Positions 52,301 to 61,411 of a stretch of 64,000 nucleotides of DNA are shown here, piece by piece; positions within the stretch are counted from its first letter, which is position 1, and each line of letters opens with the position of its first letter. The notes below the pieces were generated by a model that was given only the letters and a program-made list of their open reading frames with translations, ran no database searches and had not been told where the DNA came from. The position numbers and the translations under genes were made by a program. Source of the stretch: Podarcis melisellensis. Taxonomy: Eukaryota. Where the stretch lies: the NCBI GenBank assembly GCA_964234715.1, contig OZ174287.1; one strand, 5' to 3'.

Positions 52301-53452
52301 CTGGACAGGAGACCATGTGGAAGGGAGGGAGGGAGGGAGGGAGGGAGGGAGGGAGGGAGGACAGCCTGCCAGGCCTCATCCACAACTTCTGAGTCACAAC
52401 TCCAGACAAGAAGTAGGGTGCCCCTAGGGTTACATTGATTATACCACAAAGCAAACAGACTTTTAACTGGAGTCCTTAAAGCTGTGAATAATTGCTTGAC
52501 AGTTTGGGAGGCAACACATAGTGACACCAGTGGATCTTTTCTGCAAGCTGAAGAATGTTGCATTTGTAGATGCAAATCTAGGGTTTTCCCATTTTATCCC
52601 CAGAACAACCCTGCGAGGTAGGCTATGCCGACAGCAACTGTTACTGGCCTCCAGGTCATCCTGCAAGCATCGTGCCTTGTTGTGGATGTGAATCCAGCTC
52701 TCCCTAGTCCAACACACTGGTTGCCATACTTCATAGTTAGGCAAAAGCAAGAATTCCACAGATGTGGGTCTTTGCATTCCGGCAAGCCACAATCTCTTCT
52801 TCTATGGAGCCTCACTCTCTTTTTCCTGTCCCCAACCCAACCTGTGCAGAACGCACCCAGGTATCAGCTGTGACTCCTGCCCACATCCAGGCTGAGGGAG
52901 GAGGGAGAAAGAAGAGGATTTCCCTCATGCCTGGGACTATAGAACACTCCATTTTTCTTATTTTCAGAAATTCTGAAACGTTTAGCATCACCACACTCCA
53001 GTCGCAGGTTTTATACTAGCATGGCTGGGGGTGGACTGCCAACTTTGGGGGAAATTGTGTTGCCAGGGATAACTTTAATTTTGGATGTCTTTCAGTGAAT
53101 ATATGAAACGTGTAAAAGAGCAACCCTAACCCCACACTTCCAGCAGGACCAAGTCCAGAGCTGGGGAACTTTTGACCATAAACCATCACGTTCCTTGGTA
53201 TAATCATAGCCACATTCTATTCCAAGTAGGAAACAGACTTTTTCAGTGTCAGGGTGGTGGAGGTGCTTGGAAACTGTGTTTTGCTTCTCATTTTCTTCCT
53301 TCCCTGCACTACAGCCCCTGATCTGCTGCCCGTCCCGCCAGGGTGGGCCAGGCAAGTTCCTGAGCAAAGTGTCTCGCCGCAAGGATCCGCCTCAGCCAGA
53401 GAATTCGGACAGCGACACCGACCAGCCAGAGGCTTTGCCTGGGGACACCTGA
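46351..53452 (+). CDS. Candidate uncharacterised multi-exon gene (~257 aa in best splice model)
   Basis: Putative exons 46351-46521, 47510-47696, 49029-49102, 50434-50511, 51769-51894, 53315-53452. Each has a polypyrimidine-AG acceptor, internal exons have GT donors, and they join to a 774-nt ORF with Kozak AAAATGG and AATAAA at 53493-53498. Product not recognised; the exon 3 acceptor is ambiguous (49024 vs 49029). Confidence 0.5.
46651..46786. mobile_element. hAT-type MITE
   Basis: Perfect 15-bp TIRs CAGGCTTCCTCAAAC / GTTTGAGGAAGCCTG; GCTGAAG duplicated on both sides. Confidence 0.88.
48006..48234. mobile_element. Tc1/mariner (Tigger-like) MITE
   Basis: TA|CAGTGGTATCTCGGTTTA ... TAAACCAAGGTACCACTG|TA. 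Confidence 0.85.
49249..49398. mobile_element. MITE with 8-bp TSD (hAT-type)
   Basis: TIRs CATGGGCATAGC / GCTATGCCCATG; perfect TSD CTTGCAGC. Confidence 0.85.
51985..52170 (-). mobile_element. MIR/CORE-like SINE
   Basis: Same family as 16830-17045. Confidence 0.7.
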
Positions 53453-53894
53453 TCAACCTGGCTCCAGACCCACTGTATTCACAAGAGAGAATAATAAACA
53501 CTCCGCTTGAACCCCTCTCCCATTTCCCTCCAGGATCTGGAGGGGAAAAGGACAATGCATCTCTCGCCCATTCCATCGGAGAGAGCCAACATGGCACCCT
53601 CCTGATGTTGGTCAGCTATGGTTCCCACCATCCCTGGCCATTGGCCATGCTGGCTGGGGCTGTTGGGAGTTATAATCTGAAGGGCACCAGGTTGGCTATT
53701 CTTGAAATAATCACAGCAAGCAGAATTGGGAAGGGGGGGGGGAGCTGCAAAGCATGCTGGGTTAATTGCCATAGGATGCATTCTGGGTAAACATCAGGTT
53801 CTGTCCATGAAGGGATTGAAGAACCACTCAAAGCAGCTGGCACTGCCACCTCTTCCAAAATATATTTAAATAAAATGCAAATGAACAAACAAGT

Positions 53895-55034
53895 TGTTAC
53901 GGAAAATCTGGGTGCGTATTTACCCTGCCACCCAGCCAATCGGACCAAAGTCCGTGGGTCTTTGCGGAAGAAAAAGAAGCTCAGCCGGACGCAGGAGCAA
54001 AGTACGAAGATCCAAGTTTATTGGCCAACAGGTTCAAGACGAGATTTGAACCCCGAGAATGGGGCGACATAAACTTTTAAAAGTTCCCTCCAAGTCCCAG
54101 AATACAGTGCATGAAACGTCATGAATTCATTATGGGAAGGTTGGGTTTCATGGATTTCATCATGAATACATTACACACGTCACGAATATCTCAGAGAAGA
54201 GGTGGGGTTACACTAATTAACATTTGAGATAAGGGAGGGGGAAATATGTAGAGCGAGAGATACACATAGGTAAACATTTATCAAGTACCGGTGGTGGCAG
54301 GACAAAGGGCCAGAGATATGCATCGTCTGCCACCTGGTATTGCCCGGAGGAAGGGTTATGGGAGGTGATCCGACAGGATTAAGAAGTTCCTGTGTACGTG
54401 CCCTGTCGCTCTGGGGATTATGGAAGTAGGGATCGTATCATGGAGTGCGAAGGGAGCTGAGTTGAATGACACCAAGAGCAAAGAAATCGGAGTTATGGTT
54501 GATTTTATGTCAATTTCTAAAGGTTTCCTATGCCTTCTGACCTATTCTGTATTGGTGATCAAAAGCGGAAACAAAATGGACACATTGTAGCAAGAATGGA
54601 TACATTTTGACAGTTTTACGAGGTCTCTGGTTTCGGATCCATTGTTCTCACCGTGGGGGGCCGTCAGCAGCTTGTCAGTAGGTTCAATGAGGCGTGCAAG
54701 AGCTCCCTGAGCTAGCTCCTGCAGGACGAATGCATGGTTGTGATTGGCTAAGACGCAGCCATAGGAATAAGCGGAGATACAGGAGCGCCCGGTCTACTCG
54801 TTCTAAGTATGGAGCGCAAATAGCCATAGGAAGAGATAGGAGAATATATTCATATATTTGAGCTTATTTCGCTCGTGGAAGAAAGAAGGGAAAGAGGGGT
54901 TTTCTGGGAGAAGTGTGGTGCTTGTGCAACTGTGAGGGGGACTGGCGGTGGATACTCTTGAGGTCATCGCCTCGGTCGTTCACGGGAGAGGGGGGGGAAG
55001 AGGAGGTACCCCCCCCCGTTCCCGATCCGTATCA
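53895..55034 (-). repeat. 3' LTR of the ERV (~1140 bp)
   Basis: On - strand starts TGATACGGA directly after the PPT and ends TCCGTAACA (8/9 inverted repeat, TG...CA). TATA-like TTTTAAAA at 54075-54082; AATAAA at 54017-54022. Confidence 0.85.
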
Positions 55035-55045
55035 GTCCCCCATTC
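55035..55045 (-). promoter_or_regulatory. Polypurine tract
   Basis: GAATGGGGGAC immediately 5' of the LTR-initial TG. Confidence 0.8.
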
Positions 55046-55109
55046 GGAGATAGATTTGCATCAAAGTTCTGAAAGAACTTGCAAATCCTTTCTCCGCACC
55101 ACAGGAACG

Positions 55110-57134
55110 CTAAATTTCAGTGATCTCGTATTCCCCTTCCCCCAGATGCCTCATCTGTACATAGTCTGGGAAGGTGGTATGTTGGGAACGGGAATAGGCT
55201 CGGAGAGAGAAGGAGTTAGGCGGGGAGGAATGGCGGGGGCGAAGGAGGGAACAGCAGGGATTAATACAGTGCACAGTACAACATAAAACAGACACAGAAA
55301 GCACAGCGGTCAAGATGATGAGCAGCATGACTTTCAGTAATTGTCGGAGCCATCCCAACTTAGGTAACCATCCCCACAAGTCCACATCGGATAGTCCCTC
55401 ATGTTGGATATCGTGTAGTCTCCCTGCTAACTCGTGAATATTGTTCAAATGTCCAGTTATATTTAAGGTCTGGTCCGTCACGTATGTGCAGCACTCGGTG
55501 CCTATTAGGGCACAGGTGCCTCCTTGACTGGACAAGAGGAAGTCCGTTGCAATCCTCGTCTGTAAGCTCAACTGCCTTACCTCGGATAGTTCCGACATGA
55601 GAGAGTCCGTGATCTGGGTCGCCTCCTGCATAAACTTAAGGAGGATGTCAGTGAGCCGAAGGATATCCACATGGTTTGAACCGGCGCCGTAGGCAGGGAA
55701 AAGCGCTCGGCCTACGGTCTCCCCATTTGCAGCAACGTCTGACAGGTCTGACAGCTCCCTTTGTTCCCTCTTATTCCGTTGTCTTCCAGGGGGTAGGTGT
55801 GGAACTATCCTTATTCCGGGGACAATGTAGCCGACGAAGCAGGCTCCGGACATGTGTGGGCTCACCCATGTATATGCGCGGTGTCCGCACACCCAGAATA
55901 GGCCGCTGAGGTAAGATTCCATTCTGCCTGAAGCAAAGGTTTGCAGCAGCATGGAGTCCGAAGGTCGGGGCTTCCAGTCGAAGGGGTGTCCGACGGCAGC
56001 GGCCCAGGCGACTGTGAGATTTGGAAAAGTCCGGGACTCCCTTGTGTTGGTGAAGGTGACCAGGCCAGTTGGCAGGATTTCGAGAGTGTTGGGACATGTA
56101 CTGGATCCAATGAAGGTTCCTTCTCCGGAGAAGCTGCGGCAAAGGGGCCCCTTCGTGGGGCCGGTGAGATAGAGATATTGATGTGTCAAGTTGAGGGCGG
56201 TTAGGTTCCAGGAAGTAACGTTTCCGGAGCGGAATTGTTCCAAGGTCACTGGCACTGGGACTAGTGGGAGGCTCTGCTGTAGGTGGCTAGGCGCGTGGGC
56301 GCAGATCCAGCAGTCCGGGTACGGTGCCTCCTTTGCCACCTGGCTGAGAAGTTTAATATAGGAGTTTCGCTCCCAGGATGAAAGGAGGTCTTCTCCCGGG
56401 AGTGCAGAGTCAGTGCCGAACTGTCGAGGTGCTGTGCCGACTGGGTGGAGTGGGTCGGTAGTGTTTAATAACCGCCTATCCCTGGCGATACCGCCGCATC
56501 TCAGGGGTCCGGCATGGTCCCATGAGGGGGGGCGCGAAGGGTGTATGGGATGGTGCCAACCTTCAAGATATTCAGCCCCTTTCCACTCATGAGTGACCCC
56601 TAGGTTCCATAAGCAGCAGAATCGCCGCAGGCAGAGTCCCTGGAGTTGAGGCTTCTGGGTTTCTGGGGTGGAGAGGAGACACTGGAACCCGAAAATCAAG
56701 TTTCCAGAGGGGTGGTTTGAGCCCGTGTAAGCGTGGGAGGCCCCTCCTACCTCGACTTCGGTCCAGTTCGGGTTTAGTGAAATCTCTCCGTTCGCGTAGA
56801 GAAGATAAGTCCCGTTTTGGCAGGTTAAGCGGTAAGAGGAGTGGTCAAGAGTGAGGGCCGCGGACCCGATACGGCGCAAGTCCTTGTTTCGGATGAAAAG
56901 TTCCCAGTATTCGTCGTTGGCGAGTCGGGGTACTAAAGAATGGCGCAGTAAGGTCCGAGACTCTGGAAGGCAGAAATCAAAGTCCCCCATTCGATCAGGG
57001 TTAGACCTCCCCGTCTCGACCTCATGATAGTCCAAGAAGTGATAGGCCGTTTGTAACCCCGTGCAGTGGTCTGATGATGTGGACTTGACCCAGGATAAGG
57101 CGGTGAGAAGAAGGACGGTGCAGGCCAAATCCAT
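55110..57134 (-). CDS. env: ERV Env, gamma-type covalent SU-TM (674 aa)
   Basis: Kozak ACCATGG; signal peptide; CWIC (56301-56312); furin site RNKR (55767-55778); ISD-like LQTRIATDFLLSSQGGT; CX6CC (CALIGTECC); TM helix; cytoplasmic YxxPhi (YVQM). Confidence 0.95.
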   Translation of the reverse strand: MDLACTVLLLTALSWVKSTSSDHCTGLQTAYHFLDYHEVETGRSNPDRMGDFDFCLPESRTLLRHSLVPRLANDEYWELFIRNKDLRRIGSAALTLDHSSYRLTCQNGTYLLYANGEISLNPNWTEVEVGGASHAYTGSNHPSGNLIFGFQCLLSTPETQKPQLQGLCLRRFCCLWNLGVTHEWKGAEYLEGWHHPIHPSRPPSWDHAGPLRCGGIARDRRLLNTTDPLHPVGTAPRQFGTDSALPGEDLLSSWERNSYIKLLSQVAKEAPYPDCWICAHAPSHLQQSLPLVPVPVTLEQFRSGNVTSWNLTALNLTHQYLYLTGPTKGPLCRSFSGEGTFIGSSTCPNTLEILPTGLVTFTNTRESRTFPNLTVAWAAAVGHPFDWKPRPSDSMLLQTFASGRMESYLSGLFWVCGHRAYTWVSPHMSGACFVGYIVPGIRIVPHLPPGRQRNKREQRELSDLSDVAANGETVGRALFPAYGAGSNHVDILRLTDILLKFMQEATQITDSLMSELSEVRQLSLQTRIATDFLLSSQGGTCALIGTECCTYVTDQTLNITGHLNNIHELAGRLHDIQHEGLSDVDLWGWLPKLGWLRQLLKVMLLIILTAVLSVSVLCCTVHCINPCCSLLRPRHSSPPNSFSLRAYSRSQHTTFPDYVQMRHLGEGEYEITEI

Positions 57135-57212
57135 GGTCTGGATGCGTGTGGGGAGAGCACAAATAGTCAGACGAGCGAAGGTGTTCAGATAAAGCGAGGC
57201 TGTAAAGTGCAG

Positions 57213-57550
57213 CTATCAGATGAACTGTCAAACGAGGCTGTCAAACGAGGTAAGCTGTCAACGGAGCTGTCAAATGAAGCTGTCAGATGAACTGTCAAAC
57301 GAGGCTGTCAAACGAAGCAAGCTGTCAACGGAGCTGTCGAATGAAGCTGTCAGATGAACTGTCAAACGAGGCTGTTAACGAGGCTGTCAAAGGAAGCGAG
57401 CTGTCAACGGAGCTGTCAAATGAAGCTGTCAGATGAACTGTCAAACGAGGCTGTTAACGAGGCTGTCAAAGGAAGCGAGCTGTCAACGGAGCTGTCAAAT
57501 GAAGCTGTCAGATGAACTGTCAAACGAGGCTGTTAAACGCGGCTGTCACC
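57213..57550. repeat. Higher-order tandem array of 12-17-bp CTGTCA/TGACAG monomers between pol and env
   Basis: Higher-order units start at 57213, 57280, 57347, 57426, 57505 (periods 67, 67, 79, 79); ~26 monomers, 21 with perfect CTGTCA. Confidence 0.95.
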
Positions 57551-60500
57551 GCGTCTGAAACGTAGCTTGATGGTGTTGGTATCCGGGATGATTTCGGACG
57601 TCCAGTTGGATGTCGTGGTGTCAGGTCCGGTCTGTTGGGCCCGACTTTGGCCCCGATCTGCTGGTCCGGTCTGTTGAGCCCGACTTTGGCCCCGATCTGC
57701 TGGTCCGGTCTGTTGAGCCCGACTTTGGCCCCGATCTGCTGGTCCGGTCTGTTGAGCCCGACTTTGGCCCCGATCTGCTGGTCCGGTCTGTTGATCGTCG
57801 TCGTCAATGTATGAGATCGGTGGAGTAGGTGGAGTCGAAAAGGTGAAGTCCTCGCCGTTGCTCTCTTCAGTCTCTTGTGGAGGGGGTGAGGACTTGCACC
57901 TAGTGTGATGTAACCAAGAATTCTTCTCACCTACTTTCACGGCGGTTGGCGATGTCAAGAGCACTTGGTAGGGGCCTTCCCACGCGGGTTGGAGTGGTTC
58001 CTTCTGGTAGACTTTGACGAGGATCCAGTCACCAGGGTGGAAGGAGTGGGCGTGGACGTCGATGGGCAGGTTCTGTCCCTCGATGGCCGCGTAGTGGTGG
58101 AGGCGCTGTAGTTGTGTCTGGAGCTGAATAACATAATTAGTAAGTTCTGCCTCCCCCAGCTCCAGTTCTGAAAGTGGGAATAGAGTGTTGTAGACGGGAG
58201 GAGGTCTCCCGAATAAAAGTTCGAATGGAGAGAGTTTCAAACGTCCGGTTGGGGCGCTGCGGATGTTATGAAGAACCAGTGGGAGTGCATTCACCCATTT
58301 TAGGCCAGTGAGCTCGCAAAGTTTGCCCAACTGTATTTTTATTTCCTGGTTCATACGCTCTACTTGGCCAGAGGATTGTGGGTGGTATGGAGTGTGGAGG
58401 TCCCATTTAATTTGGAGTGTTTTGGCCACTAATTGCACCACTTCCGCAGTAAAGTGGGTTCCCCTATCGCTATCTAAGCGGCGGGGTATGCCATAGCGGG
58501 GAATGATATCCTGTAGGAGGGCTCTGGCGACTACGGACGCGGTAGCTTTTCGGCAAGGGAATCCCTCCACCCACGAGGAGAATTGGTCCACTATAATCAA
58601 AGCATGTTTAAAGCCTTGGCATTGGGGCAGATCAATAAAATCAAGCTGCAAGTTCTCAAAAGGGACAAAGGCCCATGGTCTGGCTCCTGGTGGCCTCCTG
58701 GGTTCACGCTTGGGATTGAAGCGATGGCAAGTAATGCAATTCTTTGATGCTGCTGCTGCGGCGGCAGCTATCCCGGGTGCATACCAAGATCTAATGATAT
58801 GTTCCATTAATCTCCCTTTTCCCCAATGTGTCCGCTGATGAAGAATCCTCACTACTTTTGGAGTCCAGGCCTTTGGAAGGACGGTTCTGCCATCGGGGAG
58901 GACCCAGATGCCCTGTTGTTCGGTGGCACCTATCGATTCCCACATAGCCTTTTCATCCCCTGGGGCAGATTTGTAGATTTCCGTAAGGTCAAGGTCTGCT
59001 GGTAGTTGGAGGGCTTGAAACTCGGATTCATTGTTGGGGATGCGTAGGGCAGCCATCTGTGCGGCTTTGTCGGCTCGTCTGTTTCCTTTAGATACCGAGT
59101 CCCTGCCCTTGGTATGGGCTTTGCAGTGGACAACGGCTATAGCGGCCGGTAGATGGATCGCCGTGAGAAGTCGCTCAACTAGGGCGGCGTGCGAGATTTG
59201 AGACCCGGCGGCGGTTAAAAAACCTCTCTGGAGCCAAATTTGGCCGGTTGTATGCACCAGACCGAAACAGTATTTACTATCAGTATAGATGGTTATCCGC
59301 TTCCCTTCACCAATCTCGCAGGCACGCAGCAGCGCAATTAATTCGGCGGCTTGGGCACTGTACTGGGAGTTAATTGGGTTTGACTCTAGTACTTCGAAGT
59401 CGGAGACCACCGCATACCCAGTCTTCCTAACCCCGTCGATTACTTTAGAACTACCATCAGTATATAGTATTAGGTCCGGGTTCTCCAGGGGGAGATGATC
59501 TAAATCTTCACGGGGCTTTTCGGCTTGCCGGACTATAGTGGTGCAGTCATGATGTGGGGTGCCATCATCAGGAAGGGGTAGCAGGGTAGCGGGGTTTAGG
59601 GAGTTGACACGTTTAATGGTGACATTGGTTGGGGTTAGTAGGAGGGCTTCGTATCGGTTGAGGCGGGAGTTTGAGAAATGGTGGCATCCTTTTAAGGTTA
59701 AGAGGGTTGAGACTGAATGGGGAACGTGAAGGGTGATTTCGTGGCCCAGGACTGTTTCTTGGGCTTTCTCGAGGAGGACAGCAGCGGCTGCAATGGCTCT
59801 CAGGCAACTGACAGCCCCTTTAGCAGTGTTGTCGAGTTGCAGACTATAATATGCTACTGGCCTCTCTTGGTCGCGAAAGGGTTGGGTTAGGACACCGGAG
59901 GCTACCCCCATTTGCTCGTGGATGAAGAGGTTGAAAGGGATTCGGTAGTCGGGTAATCCTAGGGCAGGGGCAGATCTGAGTTCCCGTTTTAGTCGTTCGA
60001 AAGAGTTGTAAGCTTCTTTTTCCCAGACCAAGGTGTCTGGGTGGTCCTGACGCGTCATAACAGTTAAGGGCTTCGTTATTTCGCTGTAACCAGCGATCCA
60101 TGCTCGGCAGAAGCCGGCCATGCCAAGGAAGCCGCGCAACTGTCGTTTTGTTTTTGGGAGAGGGATTTTAGTAACTGCCTCAATCCTGTCAGTGGCTAGA
60201 CTTCGGGTCCCTACTCCCAAGATGTGTCCCAGATACTTGACTTCTTGTTTACAATATTGGAGTTTCTTTGGAGACACCTTATGTCCTTTCTTTGCTAATT
60301 CTGATAGGAGGTGTTTAGTGTCTATCTTACACGCCTCCTCACTGGTAGAACACAATAAAATATCATCCACGTAGAGAAGCAAGGTGGAGCTAGCCGGTAG
60401 GTGGATGTCCTCTAAGTCCTGATGTAATACGGCCGAAAAAATTGCGGGTGACTCTACATAGCCTTGGGGCAGTCTGGTCCAAGTTAGTTGGCCGGGTCCC

Positions 60501-61411
60501 CAGGTAAATGCAAAAAGGAATTGGCTGGCCGGGTCCAAGGGTATACTGAAGAAGGCGGAACACAGATCTGCGGCGGAGTACCACGTCGTCCCTGCTGGAA
60601 TTGCGTTTAGGAGGGAGTTCGGGTTGCCCACTACCGGGTGTCTAGGTATTACGAATTGGTTCACTAATCTCAAGTCCTGTACAAAGCGGTACCGTATAGG
60701 TGCCCCCTCCTTTGCGGGCTTCTTGACCGGGAGAACTGGGGTATTACAGGGTGAAGCGCACGAGACTAGGATCCCCTTTTCGAGGAAGTCCTCAATCATG
60801 GGTGTTAGGCCTTCTATGGCTTCTTTGGGCAGAGGGTATTGCTTGGTGCACGGGAAGGGCAAGTCACTTCGGTAGGTGATCTTGACTGGAGTAGCAGAGA
60901 GTAAGAGTCCGACTGAGGTTGATTCAGTGCCCCATAGGGAGGGGGGCAATTCGTTTTCCAGGTCCAAAGGGAGTTCAGGAAACTGTCTGTCCGCTTTGGA
61001 TTCCTGGACGATACCTTGGAACATGGGAATAGAGTCCCCTGGCATATGTAGGTAAATGCCATCCGAGGAGCATTTTATGGTGGCGTTAAGTTTGCAGAGG
61101 AGGTCTCTGCCAAGGAGATTGACAGGGCTGCTTGTTAGGAGGAAAGTGTGTTCCGCCAGTAATGGTCCGAGGGTGACTTTGGCCGGTCGCGAGAGCGGAC
61201 AAGTGCGGGGTATCCCATCCAGTCCCATTACTTTCTTGGTTACTGTCCCTGGTTGCAGGTGACTGTCGGTTAGGGTGGAATAGGTAGCCCCTGTGTCTAG
61301 TAGACATTGATAGGGGTGGCCGTCAATCTCGATAGTGCAGACCGGGTCCTCAGGTGACAATGCAAGAACAGGGCAGATGGTTTGGGTCTGACTGGGATCC
61401 CCTTCTAATTG
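57533..61411 (-). CDS. pol: ERV Pro-Pol (protease, RT, RNase H, integrase), in frame with gag across a single TGA
   Basis: LLDTGA protease; QDLR, LPQG, YVDD RT; YTDGS..AELIAL..YTDSKY RNase H; HHCC, D-D-E (LDFI, SDRG, VERMN) and WEGPY integrase. No stop between 61411 and TAA at 57535-57533. Confidence 0.97.
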   Translation of the reverse strand, partial: QLEGDPSQTQTICPVLALSPEDPVCTIEIDGHPYQCLLDTGATYSTLTDSHLQPGTVTKKVMGLDGIPRTCPLSRPAKVTLGPLLAEHTFLLTSSPVNLLGRDLLCKLNATIKCSSDGIYLHMPGDSIPMFQGIVQESKADRQFPELPLDLENELPPSLWGTESTSVGLLLSATPVKITYRSDLPFPCTKQYPLPKEAIEGLTPMIEDFLEKGILVSCASPCNTPVLPVKKPAKEGAPIRYRFVQDLRLVNQFVIPRHPVVGNPNSLLNAIPAGTTWYSAADLCSAFFSIPLDPASQFLFAFTWGPGQLTWTRLPQGYVESPAIFSAVLHQDLEDIHLPASSTLLLYVDDILLCSTSEEACKIDTKHLLSELAKKGHKVSPKKLQYCKQEVKYLGHILGVGTRSLATDRIEAVTKIPLPKTKRQLRGFLGMAGFCRAWIAGYSEITKPLTVMTRQDHPDTLVWEKEAYNSFERLKRELRSAPALGLPDYRIPFNLFIHEQMGVASGVLTQPFRDQERPVAYYSLQLDNTAKGAVSCLRAIAAAAVLLEKAQETVLGHEITLHVPHSVSTLLTLKGCHHFSNSRLNRYEALLLTPTNVTIKRVNSLNPATLLPLPDDGTPHHDCTTIVRQAEKPREDLDHLPLENPDLILYTDGSSKVIDGVRKTGYAVVSDFEVLESNPINSQYSAQAAELIALLRACEIGEGKRITIYTDSKYCFGLVHTTGQIWLQRGFLTAAGSQISHAALVERLLTAIHLPAAIAVVHCKAHTKGRDSVSKGNRRADKAAQMAALRIPNNESEFQALQLPADLDLTEIYKSAPGDEKAMWESIGATEQQGIWVLPDGRTVLPKAWTPKVVRILHQRTHWGKGRLMEHIIRSWYAPGIAAAAAAASKNCITCHRFNPKREPRRPPGARPWAFVPFENLQLDFIDLPQCQGFKHALIIVDQFSSWVEGFPCRKATASVVARALLQDIIPRYGIPRRLDSDRGTHFTAEVVQLVAKTLQIKWDLHTPYHPQSSGQVERMNQEIKIQLGKLCELTGLKWVNALPLVLHNIRSAPTGRLKLSPFELLFGRPPPVYNTLFPLSELELGEAELTNYVIQLQTQLQRLHHYAAIEGQNLPIDVHAHSFHPGDWILVKVYQKEPLQPAWEGPYQVLLTSPTAVKVGEKNSWLHHTRCKSSPPPQETEESNGEDFTFSTPPTPPISYIDDDDQQTGPADRGQSRAQQTGPADRGQSRAQQTGPADRGQSRAQQTGPADRGQSRAQQTGPDTTTSNWTSEIIPDTNTIKLRFRRGDSRV
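57624..57793 (-). repeat. 39-bp coding tandem repeat (x4.4) in integrase C-terminus
   Basis: Units start 57624, 57663, 57702, 57741, 57780; encodes (QQTGPADRGQSRA)x4. Confidence 0.97.

Noticed and set aside
57213-57550. CRISPR-like appearance (constant core with variable spacers)
   Set aside because: The core is only 6 bp, spacers are 6-11 bp and recur periodically, there are no cas genes, and the context is a vertebrate provirus. It is a tandem array.
57520-57930. 136-aa alternative-frame ORF overlapping the integrase tail (and the 72-aa + strand ORF 57610-57828) as an accessory gene
   Set aside because: Openness is explained by the stop-free 39-bp repeat; no ATG start and no recognisable motif.
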